A stretch of DNA of 64,000 nt from Spirochaetia bacterium (GTDB lineage Bacteria > Spirochaetota > Spirochaetia > DSM-16054 > Sediminispirochaetaceae). Both the position numbers and the translations under genes were made by a program. This document shows, piece by piece, positions 41,979 through 51,335 of the stretch. The DNA lies in assembly GCA_034520965.1 (NCBI GenBank), contig JAXHMY010000002.1, positions 224,001-288,000 of the forward strand, written 5' to 3'. The notes under the pieces are model-generated. The model had not been told where the DNA came from, made no database searches, and saw only the letters and a list, made by a program, of their open reading frames with translations. Position 1 is the stretch's first letter, and each line of letters starts with the position of its first letter.

Positions 41979-42487
41979 TAGTTGAGCAGCTCTTCAATCC
42001 ATTTCTGCTCGGCATCAAGGTGCAGAAGCATTTTACGGGTAAGGGCTTTCTTATATCGCGGGGTATTGTCTGTATAAAGGTTATACTCATCGGTATACTT
42101 ACGCTGCTTCTCATGCAGCTCCTTCAGCTTTGTTTTAAGCATATCCTGAGCATCGTAATGATCCATTCTATCAAGAAAGAAGAGGCTCAGGGTAAATTCG
42201 TCTTTGATCGAAATTTGAATCTTTTTTTTCTGGGTAAGCAGCCAGCTTTTAAAAAAGGCACTGCCGGTTTCAGTTATAGAATACACATTTTTCTCAACTG
42301 CTTTTTTTCCCTGCACAGTTTTCATAGTAACTAGATCATCTTCCGCTAACTTTCTTAATGTGGGGTACAACTGTCCATAGGAAACCGGCCAAAGATCGCC
42401 CATCATGTGTTCAAACTTTTGTTTAATCTCGTACCCGTAATGAGGCTCCTGGTCCAATAGCCCCAAAATTGCGTATTTCAATGACAT
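41978..42487 (-). CDS. PadR-family transcriptional regulator
   Basis: LKYAILGLL..P.YGYEI, GQLYPTLRKL, YSITETG. Confidence 0.9.
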   Translation of the reverse strand: MSLKYAILGLLDQEPHYGYEIKQKFEHMMGDLWPVSYGQLYPTLRKLAEDDLVTMKTVQGKKAVEKNVYSITETGSAFFKSWLLTQKKKIQISIKDEFTLSLFFLDRMDHYDAQDMLKTKLKELHEKQRKYTDEYNLYTDNTPRYKKALTRKMLLHLDAEQKWIEELLN

Positions 42488-42493
42488 ATTGAA

Positions 42494-42883
42494 TTACCGT
42501 CCAAAATCCAGTTTTTCCCGCATTTCCTTCCGCCAGCTCACCGATTGTTCCGCTTTTTCATACGGGATTCGCTTTCTAATACTAAAATCCCTATTCGAAG
42601 AACCGGACTTGAACTTTATTATACCAAAAGATCCTTGTCCAAGATAGCATATTTTTTCTCTTGCGTCTAGGTTTTCGGCCTCTGCTACTTCCTGGATTGC
42701 GCAGTCAAAGTGGATTGGTTCGTTTGTCGGGTTAGCAAGAGCCATTTGCGGATTGCGAATATTTTTCCCGCATCGAATACAGGTGAGTTGAACAGAACCG
42801 GCTATTTTTGACTGAGATTCGCTGCGGTCACGACCGCCGCCGCGCCGCCGTCCACGACGGGACGAGTTGTTTCTTCTACTCAA
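42494..42883 (-). CDS. Hypothetical protein with Arg-rich N-terminus and putative zinc site
   Basis: CIRC...HFDC motif; TTG start downstream of a GAGGAG SD. Confidence 0.65.
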   Translation of the reverse strand: MSRRNNSSRRGRRRGGGRDRSESQSKIAGSVQLTCIRCGKNIRNPQMALANPTNEPIHFDCAIQEVAEAENLDAREKICYLGQGSFGIIKFKSGSSNRDFSIRKRIPYEKAEQSVSWRKEMREKLDFGR

Positions 42884-42886
42884 GTA

Positions 42887-43030
42887 CTACTCCTCTTTTA
42901 TGTGAAGAATCTCTTTGGTTATCGTTACAGCTAAGGTATTGATGGCTGTATTCAGATACTTCTTGTCGTTTATCTTCTGTTTAAGCTCTTCCAACTTTTT
43001 GGGATCAGTTTGCTTCGCAATCCGTATCAT
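42887..43030 (-). CDS. Small protein (47 aa) resembling the FlgM C-terminus; not in ORF track
   Basis: MIRIAKQTDPKKLEELKQKINDKKYLNTAINTLAVTITKEILHIKEE; ATG overlaps the yraN stop (ATGA). Confidence 0.65.
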   Translation of the reverse strand: MIRIAKQTDPKKLEELKQKINDKKYLNTAINTLAVTITKEILHIKEE

Positions 43031-43400
43031 ATTACACCACTCTCTGTAAAGGCATCCTCAATATGGCGCAAGAACCCACTGTCAGCATCTATAAAAATTA
43101 CATCAAATCTTACCATAGATTCAGCGTATTTAGGGTTTTTTAGCAAAAAAACTTTACATGCCGCCAATGAGGCCCTTTGCTTCTTATAATCGACAGAATA
43201 CTCAATTCCATCCATCTCAACTCTACTCCATGTTTTTACTTCCACACAGACCAACAGCTCATTCTGCACTGCAATAATATCAATTTCACCTCGCTTACAA
43301 CGGTAGTTACGAGCAAGAATTTTATACCCATGCTCTTGTAAATAGTCACTTGCCATTGCCTCACCGTTGCGCCATGAGATCATCTTACTCTCACTTTTTG
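43027..43400 (-). CDS. YraN-family (UPF0102) endonuclease-like protein; 5' end garbled, start approximate
   Basis: GE..A.DYL..HGYKILARNYRCKRGEIDIIA, VEVKT, RFDVI. Confidence 0.8.
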
Positions 43401-44530
43401 TCGACTTAGCTTCTTCATTTCGCCCCACGCTTCCAGCTTTTACTGTAAAGCTGCCGCCAGGCGAATGATCAAATCGTACCTGTTTTTGCTTGTTCCGTCG
43501 GTATTTTTCTGACCGCTGCTGCTGACTCAAACGCGCACTGCGGTCTGAGGGGAACCTTCTTTTTGGTTCCGTACTACCTTCGCCAGCCGAGCCGTCGTTC
43601 AAGATAACAATGCTTCCCACCGGATAGATTCCCATGCTTTTTAAGAAGACCTTCAGTATCTCAGCATCGAACCTACGTGAATTATCATTCAAAATTTGCC
43701 GCATAGCCCGATAACCAATCATTGAATCCCGATAAGGCCGCTCTCTTACCATCGCCTCGTAGGCATCAACTACTGAAAGAATTCTTGCGGTCAGAGGGAT
43801 TTCTTTTCCCTTAAGCTGTTTTGGATACCCCTTGCCGTCCCACCGCTCGTGATGATAGAGGGCCGTTCTGCCGACTTCCTCCGCATACCCCAGATCCCGG
43901 GTGATTAACACGAGTCCGAGAGTGAAATCAGGATGGGCTGTCCATCGCTTTTCGCTCTTTCTCGGTAAGGGACCCCCTTTTATTCAAAATAGCCTTCGGA
44001 ATTTTCGTCATTCCAATATCATGAAGAAATGCGGCCGTTGCAAGATTCACCAGTTGATAATTCGGCAGTTTCAGATTCCTACCGATCAAGACAGCCAAGA
44101 TAATACAATTAACCGCGCTTTGCGAAAGTGAATGCTGTGTACTCTGTACCTGAAACATCGGACCAATCAACTGGTCCGGCTTTTCGATGAGCAGCTGGAA
44201 CACATTTTCCACTACCTCATCGATATCAATTTTATCAGGGAGTCCTCCCTCATTTGTCTGAATAAAAATATTATCCGCTAAATCAACCGCTTTATTATAT
44301 TCGAAGGTAGCACCTTCACCGTAAAACATGCGATCCTGAGGTGTGTCACTACTTTCTGTAAGAGATTCACCTTCGGTCTGAACCTCAGTCACCTCCCAGC
44401 GACGCAGCCGGTCAATATCCTTCTGCTTTACCTCTACCCCTTCAGGAACCAACAGATTTTCTCCGTCCATGTACACCGGTTTAGAGAACTTCATCCCGTG
44501 TTTTAGTTCATCAACTTTTATACTTCTCAT
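43400..44530 (-). CDS. HD-GYP domain protein (c-di-GMP phosphodiesterase-like), frameshifted; 3' end approximate
   Basis: FLHDIGMTKIP in ORF 43928-44530; HHERWDGKGYP and VVDAYEAM in ORF 43027-43911. Confidence 0.8.
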
Positions 44531-44793
44531 ATTTCATCCTGCACATCAGCAATTGTAACATAAAGCTGGGCTATGACTTCATACAAGCCCTCCGGAATAA
44601 AACTACCGGCATCAAGGGTGAATAAAACTTCGGTCAAATCTTCCCGCTTTTCGACGGGAATTCCGTTTTCTTCGGCAATTTCAATCATCCTATCCGCCAA
44701 ACGGCCCTTTCCAGCCGCCGCTATAAAGGGAGCCGGTAAGTCTTTACTATACTTTAATGCAACCGCCTTGTTTTTTTCCACCACTATACTCAA
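44527..44793 (-). CDS. FlhB C-terminal-like (EscU/YscU family) small protein
   Basis: KAVALKY..PAPFI.A.GKG..A..MIEIAEENGIP...IPEGLYEVIAQL. Confidence 0.85.
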   Translation of the reverse strand: MSIVVEKNKAVALKYSKDLPAPFIAAAGKGRLADRMIEIAEENGIPVEKREDLTEVLFTLDAGSFIPEGLYEVIAQLYVTIADVQDEI

Positions 44794-44794
44794 T

Positions 44795-45964
44795 TTATGC
44801 CGTCGTATCGACCCTTTTTAATAAGCTTATATCCTCCGTACCGAAGGGATCAAACTCAGAAGCCTCTCTTATAGTATCGTCAATTTCAAAGGACAGGTTA
44901 TTGAGTTTTTTACCTAATCTTGAAAGAATCTCGTCATTCGGCTGTCCCTGTTCACGGTTACCCCTGTATATATGAATTTTTGACCTGGAATCCGTTATTT
45001 GACCGGCAAAATGCCATGTAGAGGACTCAGGTTCCCTGTGCAGCATAAAGGTGAGGGTAAACTGCTGCGGTCGTCCTTCAGGGTCAAGCTGTAGACGCAG
45101 AATCCGGGGTGTTCCTCCGGAGGTTCCTCTGCAGACTGCGTTGCTTTGAAGGAAAGGGGAATAATAATCCAGTTTTTATGATTGGCTTGAATATGATTAA
45201 AAAGATGCAGAAGTGAGGCACCGGAACCTCGCCTGGTAATCTGCCTGTGCAGATCTTGTTCTATTAGTTTCTGTAATTGTTCTGTTCGTCGTACCGAGCT
45301 TTGGTTTTGACTTTGGGCTGTCCTATTTTCAGAATTATTTCCCTGTCTTTGGTCTGATGATTGACCTTGCCTATGTCGTCCCTGACGCCCCTGTGGCTGC
45401 TCATGACCATGACCTGCATCCTGCTGCTCCTGCTGAGCTGGAGTGCCCTCCCGCCGGCCGTATTCTCCTCCAAAGACAAGCAGCTGCAGACGCTTCATCT
45501 GTTCAGGGGTAAGGAAAAGCCCCTTGTCATAGGCAATGGCAAGTAAGCGGGAAGTCGCCGAATCTTTCACTTCTAACTGTGAAAACAGTTTGAGGGCCGC
45601 CCTCAGCGCTAGGCCTGGCGCGGGCGAAGCCCCTCGGCTACGTGAAAGCTTGAATCAGCATTCGGCTGTTCTGAGTATCCGGTAGATTTGAAGTTTGAAG
45701 TATGTTATTTAGCGCATGTGCCTGGCGATCAATTTTGAGCAGGAGTTTTCCGGATTCAATTTGCACGGTAGCTTTCAGACGTGCCCCAACCTCCAGCTGC
45801 AGGTCCGAGACAACTCTGACTTCTCGCCCCAACATCCGCACGACCCAACTATGCTCGCCGATCTTTCTTTGAACGCTGAACGAGATAAGACTGCCGGGCT
45901 TCACTGTTTGTTCGGTGAAGCCGGCTGTTATACTGTGTAAAAGCCCTATCGATGGCTGCTCCAT
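44795..45964 (-). CDS. Hypothetical protein broken into at least three frames
   Basis: Consecutive minus-strand fragments 45638-45964, 44995-45570 and 44795-45046 between rplS and the FlhB-like gene. Confidence 0.5.
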
Positions 45965-45980
45965 GCAGCGGGGACGGCGT

Positions 45981-46355
45981 TTACTCGCCGGCCTTTTTAA
46001 TCTGGTCGCGACGTCGAATCAGCTCATTTACCTTGGCTGATTTTCCAACACGCTTACGCAGATAGTAGAGTTTTGCACGCCGCACACGACCGCGACGAAC
46101 AACCTCGATCCGATCGATCCGCGGTGAGTAGACCGGAAATACACGTTCTACCCCGACGCCGTATGACATTTTACGTACGATAAAAGTTTTTCGAACTCCC
46201 GAGTTTTTCATAGAAAGAACAATTCCCTGAAAAATCTGTATACGCTCGGTTTGCCCCTCAACAATCTTAAAATGCACTTTTACCGTGTCACCTATTCTGA
46301 AGTTATCGGCGTTTTCCTTCATCTGTTCTGCTTCAACTGCCTGAACTAAATCCAT
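45981..46355 (-). CDS. rplS: 50S ribosomal protein L19
   Basis: [31 protein letters not shown]. Confidence 0.97.
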   Translation of the reverse strand: MDLVQAVEAEQMKENADNFRIGDTVKVHFKIVEGQTERIQIFQGIVLSMKNSGVRKTFIVRKMSYGVGVERVFPVYSPRIDRIEVVRRGRVRRAKLYYLRKRVGKSAKVNELIRRRDQIKKAGE

Positions 46356-46381
46356 ATTATTCCCCTTCCTCTAAGGATCAT

Positions 46382-47049
46382 TTATTCCTTAAGTAAATCC
46401 GGCCTAAACCGTTCTGTTTTTTTTACTCTCTCTGCGTATCGCCACTTCTCTATTTCGGCATGGTTTCCGGACAACAATATCTCCGGCACCTTGTGGCCCT
46501 GAAATTCAGCTGGTCGGGTATAGTGCGGATACTCTAACAGACCATCCGAAAAGCTCTCTTCATCCAAAGATTCTTTTCTAATTACCCCATCTACCAACCG
46601 GTACACCGTATCAATTATTACCAAAGATGCCAACTCTCCCGAGGACATCACATAATTACCAATACAAATTTCATCATCAACATACATGTCGACGATGCGT
46701 TGATCAACTCCCTCGTACCTTCCGCATATAAATATCAGCTCTTCATCCTTCGATAGCTGCTCCGCATACTCTTGATGAAAAAGCTTTCCGGAAGGACTAG
46801 GGTATACAACCCGTTGTGCCGCCCCCCAACCGATTCCAAGGCAGCCGCCAGGGGTTCCGGCTTTATAACCATTCCCGCTCCGCCGCCGTAGGGCGCATCG
46901 TCGCAGGTACGGTGTCGGTCGATCGCAAAATCACGAAAATCGACGACTTGCATTTCGACTACACCCCGTTCGACCGCTTTTGCCATTATCGAACTATTGA
47001 AGTACTGTTCAATTATCTCCGGAAACAGGGTGAGTATTGTGTACTTCAC
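46382..47049 (-). CDS. trmD: tRNA (guanine37-N1)-methyltransferase, frameshifted at a G6 run near 46822-46827
   Basis: LTLFPE and DDAPYGGGAGMV in the first frame; ICGRYEGVDQR, GELA and LEYPHYTRP in the second. Confidence 0.92.
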
Positions 47050-47543
47050 AACAGAACCCAGTCATCCTTTAACTCGATAGTCTTAGCTTGTACATCGATA
47101 GTACCGATAAACTGTTCGGTCAACGGAACAATTCTTGTGCCGCCCTCAACCTTTATCTCGAGCAAGTCGGTAGCGCCGTTTTCAATAATTGATTTTACGG
47201 CCCCCACATCCTCGCCCTTATAAATAAGATGGCAGCCCTGCACATCGGCCGCATAAAATTCGCCGTCTTCCAGAGGGGCTGAAAGATCTCGATCGGCCCA
47301 TATTTCCGAACCGGACAAGAGCTTACCCGCCTCAGGCGAATTCACCCCCTCAAACTTGATCAAAACACCTTCATGCACTGTTTTGACCGCTTCTATGCGA
47401 TACACCTTCTCTCGATTGTCTTTTTTAAGCAGCACTTCCCGCATACTGGAGAAGTGCGCTGTTTCACCGGAGAAGCTCTTTACCTTTACGTATCCCTGTA
47501 CTCCATGGGAAGTACGCACGATACCTACAGCAAGCTTTTCCAT
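47046..47543 (-). CDS. rimM: Ribosome maturation factor RimM
   Basis: VG...SHGVQGYVKV, EDGEFY..D..G, GATDLLEI. Confidence 0.92.
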   Translation of the reverse strand: MEKLAVGIVRTSHGVQGYVKVKSFSGETAHFSSMREVLLKKDNREKVYRIEAVKTVHEGVLIKFEGVNSPEAGKLLSGSEIWADRDLSAPLEDGEFYAADVQGCHLIYKGEDVGAVKSIIENGATDLLEIKVEGGTRIVPLTEQFIGTIDVQAKTIELKDDWVLL

Positions 47544-47776
47544 TAATCCAATATCTCTAGCACTATCCGTTTACCGGTTTTGGTAGCCGAAGCACTTAAA
47601 ATGGTACGAATCGCTTTTGCAATTCGGCCGTGCTTCCCGATTACCTTGCCAATATCATCTTGCGAAACTCTCAACTCTAGAATGGTAGATTTTTCGCCTT
47701 CGATCATATTTACAACGACCCCCTCAGGGTCATCAACTAGGGACTTCGCTACATATTCAACAAGTTCTTTTTCCAC
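47543..47776 (-). CDS. khpA: KH-domain RNA-binding protein
   Basis: [21 protein letters not shown] start after GGAGGA. Confidence 0.88.
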   Translation of the reverse strand: MEKELVEYVAKSLVDDPEGVVVNMIEGEKSTILELRVSQDDIGKVIGKHGRIAKAIRTILSASATKTGKRIVLEILD

Positions 47777-47833
47777 AACGTCCTCCACTACACGCAGTTA
47801 CACTACCATTTGTATTCTTTGAACTGTATCAGT

Positions 47834-48094
47834 CTACTTTTCGCGGTTTAGGAAGATATTATTTTTGTTGAGTAGACGCTTTACAGTCGGAGAGGGCTGG
47901 GCGCCCTTGTTAATCCACTCTTTAATTCTATCTTCGTTCAGCTTCAGCTGTTTCTCTTCCGCTACGATAGGATGATAGTACCCTACCTCTTCTAGCGCTC
48001 TGCCGTCGCGGGGCGCATCTTTATCCATAACTACCAAACGATAGTAGGGACGCTTTTTTGTTCCGAATTTCTTCAACCTAATTTTAACACTCAA
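47834..48094 (-). CDS. rpsP: 30S ribosomal protein S16
   Basis: VKIRLKKFG.KKRPYYRLVV.D...PRDG, GAQPS.TV. Confidence 0.97.
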   Translation of the reverse strand: MSVKIRLKKFGTKKRPYYRLVVMDKDAPRDGRALEEVGYYHPIVAEEKQLKLNEDRIKEWINKGAQPSPTVKRLLNKNNIFLNREK

Positions 48095-48120
48095 CTAGAA
48101 CCTCCTCCGGGTTTTTAACC

Positions 48121-49449
48121 TTATACACCAAGACTCTTCATCATTTGAGCCTGATATTTTTTATTTTTGGCGACCTTTTTCATCATCAGCCGCATTTTCT
48201 CAAACTTCTTGATAAGCCGGTTTACCTCAAATACCGAGGTACCGCTTCCTTTTGCTACTCTCTTTCTCCGCGAAGGACCAAGTATCCGGTGATTTCTTCG
48301 CTCCTGCCGGGTCATGGACAAAATGATGGCCTCTTCCCGCTTCATCTCACCTTCATCAATATCGTCTTCGCTAATATTGCCTTTGGCACCGGGGATCATC
48401 TCTAACAATGATTCCACGCTGCCCATTTTACGCATTCTGGCAAAGGATTCCAGGTAGTCTTCCAGGGTAAAGGTGGCACTGGCCATCTTCTGCTGCAGTT
48501 TCGCCGCTTCGTCCTCGTCGATTGTCTCCTGGGCTTTCTCAACCAGGCTGACTACATCTCCCATACCAAGAATTCGCGAGGCGATTCTATCCGGAAAAAA
48601 GGGCTCTAAATCGTCCGGTTTCTCCCCTACACCTATGTATTTCAGCGGCTTTCCTGTGACCGATTTCAGTGACAAGGCTGCACCGCCGCGGGTGTCGGAG
48701 TCGAATTTACTCAGCACCACACCGGTAATGCCGACCTTTTCATCGAACTCCTTCGCTATTTTCACCGCATCCTGACCAGTCATTGCATCCGCAACAAACA
48801 AAGATTCAACCGGTTGAGCCGCCTTATGGATTTTCTGGATTTCCTTCATCATTTCTTCGTCAAGATGAAGCCGTCCGGTGGTATCCACAATTACCGTATT
48901 GTACAGTTTTTTCTTGGCCTCCGCCAGGGCATGCTTGACCACTTTCACCGGGTCTTTGCTCTCTTCGGCATAGACCGGTACATCTATCTGCTCGCCAAGT
49001 ACCTGCAGCTGCTTTACCGCAGCCGGCCGCACTAAATCCGCAGCCACCAGAAGAGGTGAACGCCCCTCCTTTTTAAGCTGTTTGGCTAATTTGGCGGCGG
49101 TAGTTGTTTTACCGGAACCCTGAAGGCCCATCATCAGAATAACTGACTGGGTATCCGGCCCTTTTAACTCAAGCTTTTGGCGCTCATCACCCAAGAGTCC
49201 GACAATTCTATCATGCACAATCTTTATAAACTGTTGTCCAGGATTAACCGAGCGCAGTACTTCTTCGCCCTTGGCTTCTTCGATGGTTCGATTTACAAAC
49301 CTTCTCACAACCCTCAGATTGACATCGGCTTCAAGCAGGGCAAGTTTGATCTCTTCTACGGCATCCTGGATATTCTTTTCAGATATCGTGGACTTGCCTG
49401 AGACCTGCTTGACTATGTCACTAAATTTGTCGGATATTTTTTCCAGCAT
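48121..49449 (-). CDS. ffh: Signal recognition particle protein Ffh
   Basis: GLQGSGKTT, DTTGR, RILGMGDV, M-domain. Confidence 0.96.
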   Translation of the reverse strand: MLEKISDKFSDIVKQVSGKSTISEKNIQDAVEEIKLALLEADVNLRVVRRFVNRTIEEAKGEEVLRSVNPGQQFIKIVHDRIVGLLGDERQKLELKGPDTQSVILMMGLQGSGKTTTAAKLAKQLKKEGRSPLLVAADLVRPAAVKQLQVLGEQIDVPVYAEESKDPVKVVKHALAEAKKKLYNTVIVDTTGRLHLDEEMMKEIQKIHKAAQPVESLFVADAMTGQDAVKIAKEFDEKVGITGVVLSKFDSDTRGGAALSLKSVTGKPLKYIGVGEKPDDLEPFFPDRIASRILGMGDVVSLVEKAQETIDEDEAAKLQQKMASATFTLEDYLESFARMRKMGSVESLLEMIPGAKGNISEDDIDEGEMKREEAIILSMTRQERRNHRILGPSRRKRVAKGSGTSVFEVNRLIKKFEKMRLMMKKVAKNKKYQAQMMKSLGV

Positions 49450-49504
49450 ATACCTGTCATCCTAAGAGTTTTATTGTTTTTATACCGCATTTTGTGCCGC
49501 CATG

Positions 49505-50939
49505 TCAACGGATCTGCAAGAAATGGCGCTGAAGATACTTGATCCGCTGCTCTGCTCGCTGTCGATAAGGATCTGTAGGATAAAAAGATACAATTCTACG
49601 GTAGTATTCCGCCGATTGCCGCTCATCCCGGGGCGGCAGCAGGAGGAGCTGGTCAGATTTGTCCGAGTAAAAACAAAACACGACCCGTATGCTCGCCCCT
49701 TTCTGCGGTCAGTTCCAGATACAGTCGCAGAGCCTGTTCCGCCGAGGACTCCCGTTGGGCTTCGAATAAGAACTCACCCGCTTCAACTAAGAGTGCAATC
49801 TCCTCCTGCTTAGGCTTACCCAAAGCGAACACCCCGGATTCCAGCGGCTTGCGAAGCAAGGCTTTCAGTAGTTCCTCCGTGCCGGTTGGATTTTGTGAGC
49901 TTATGGTCTCTTCTAATAGATCAAATGAAAAATCAGTCTTATCAGATTGCATACTGGCCGTTTGAGTGCTGATCGCAGCTTGTGCATCCTCTTGGCCGGG
50001 CGCTTTCTGGTCTGCCACCTTAATCCCCAACCGTTCGATATCTGGACTTGTTGCCCAGAGCTGCTGTCCTGCTGCTGGAAAGACAGGGTATATCTTCCGA
50101 GGCCCTGTGCAATAAACACAAACTCCGTTGAATTGTCCTTGTAGCTGCGTGATTGAAACACAACCCCCTGCGCACTGGAGTCTCCCCGATTATAAATCCA
50201 CCCCAAACCCGGCAAAGTCAGATGTACATGCTCTCCCGGCTCTGCCCGGATGAGGTCCTCTTCTTGCTCAGTTTTTGGCTCTGTTTTTTGCTCAGTTTCG
50301 CGCTCGTCAGGGGCGGCTCGGGATGATCTTTCCGGTTTCTCTGGAATCTGCACATCGGTGGTGCCTTGGGCGTCCGTTCTGTCCGAGGCTTCAGGCGAGG
50401 CCGATTCACTGGGCGGGACGGATGCTGCCGGTGACGGACCTTTCTGAGGCTGCAGATTTTAGAGCTTCCGCCTGTTCGGTCGGAGCATCCTCCGCTTCAG
50501 CCACTCCATCTGCAAAATGAACCTCAAGTTGAGGGCTTAAAAGTAAAAACCGCACCTGACCTGATATGTGACTCTTCCTGTCGGGCAGTGATGCCTGGGG
50601 AACATCCGGCTGGTTCTCAACTTCTACCAGGGGCTCTACTTCCGATAGGGGTGACAGCTCCTGCGGAATGTTATCTTCTGGAATAACCTCTTCAACTGAG
50701 ACTTCGGGGGGCGTATTCTCATTTGATATTGCCCCATCTTCCTGCTCTAGCTTCCTCCTCAGCTTCCGGCTCTGTCTTTGTCTCTGTATTTTTTCTCTGA
50801 AGTCGGCTCAGAGACCACATCGGACTGTTGTCGAGGGGGCTGCGGAGGGGGTTCCGGGCCGGTAGGTGGGAGGAACAGAGGCGCAGCCGCTGAGCACACC
50901 CAGCGACAAAATAAACAGTACTACATAACGAAGCAGCAT
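49505..50939 (-). CDS. Pro/Glu-rich lipoprotein with C-terminal TPR, multiply frameshifted
   Basis: ATG 50939 gives MLLRYVVLFILSLGVLSGC (lipobox); fragments 49913-50353 and 49653-50030; C-terminus ...QRIKYLQRHFLQIR* at 49505. Confidence 0.55.
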
Positions 50940-51335
50940 TTAGGGAATCTCCTTAAAAAACTCCTCAATCTCTCGATCGCTCGCTTTCTGCAGCACCTCT
51001 TGAATCAGTTTTTGTGGATCCTGCCAAAAAGCCTCCACCTGTTCCTCACTCCAACTGCTGTGTCTCTTACGGTATGGATGCCAATCCTGTTGATACAACT
51101 GAGTATACTCTTCGGGAATACGAATTTTCTGCAGTGCCGATTCGCTTGAAAGGGACTTTCCCAACAAATCGGCACCCGCGGAGCTGTCGGTGGCAGCATC
51201 CGGAGCTTTTGGAGGCTCTGAATCCGGCTCCCGACTGAGCACTAAAAAAACCAGAGTCCCAATTAGGGCTAACAGGGTCACGCCGGCTACTACCAATCCG
51301 TATATTTTAATTTCCTTCGCGCTCAGGAAGGCCAT
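50940..51335 (-). CDS. Hypothetical membrane-anchored protein
   Basis: N-terminal TM; W.PYR....WS.EQV..FW.DP motif. Confidence 0.65.
   Translation of the reverse strand: MAFLSAKEIKIYGLVVAGVTLLALIGTLVFLVLSREPDSEPPKAPDAATDSSAGADLLGKSLSSESALQKIRIPEEYTQLYQQDWHPYRKRHSSWSEEQVEAFWQDPQKLIQEVLQKASDREIEEFFKEIP

Noticed and set aside
43027..43911. Apparent HD-GYP-YraN fusion protein in the ORF track
   Set aside because: The junction is garbled (a PLRP motif appears in another frame) and lies in the error-rich segment; best explained as two adjacent genes joined by indels
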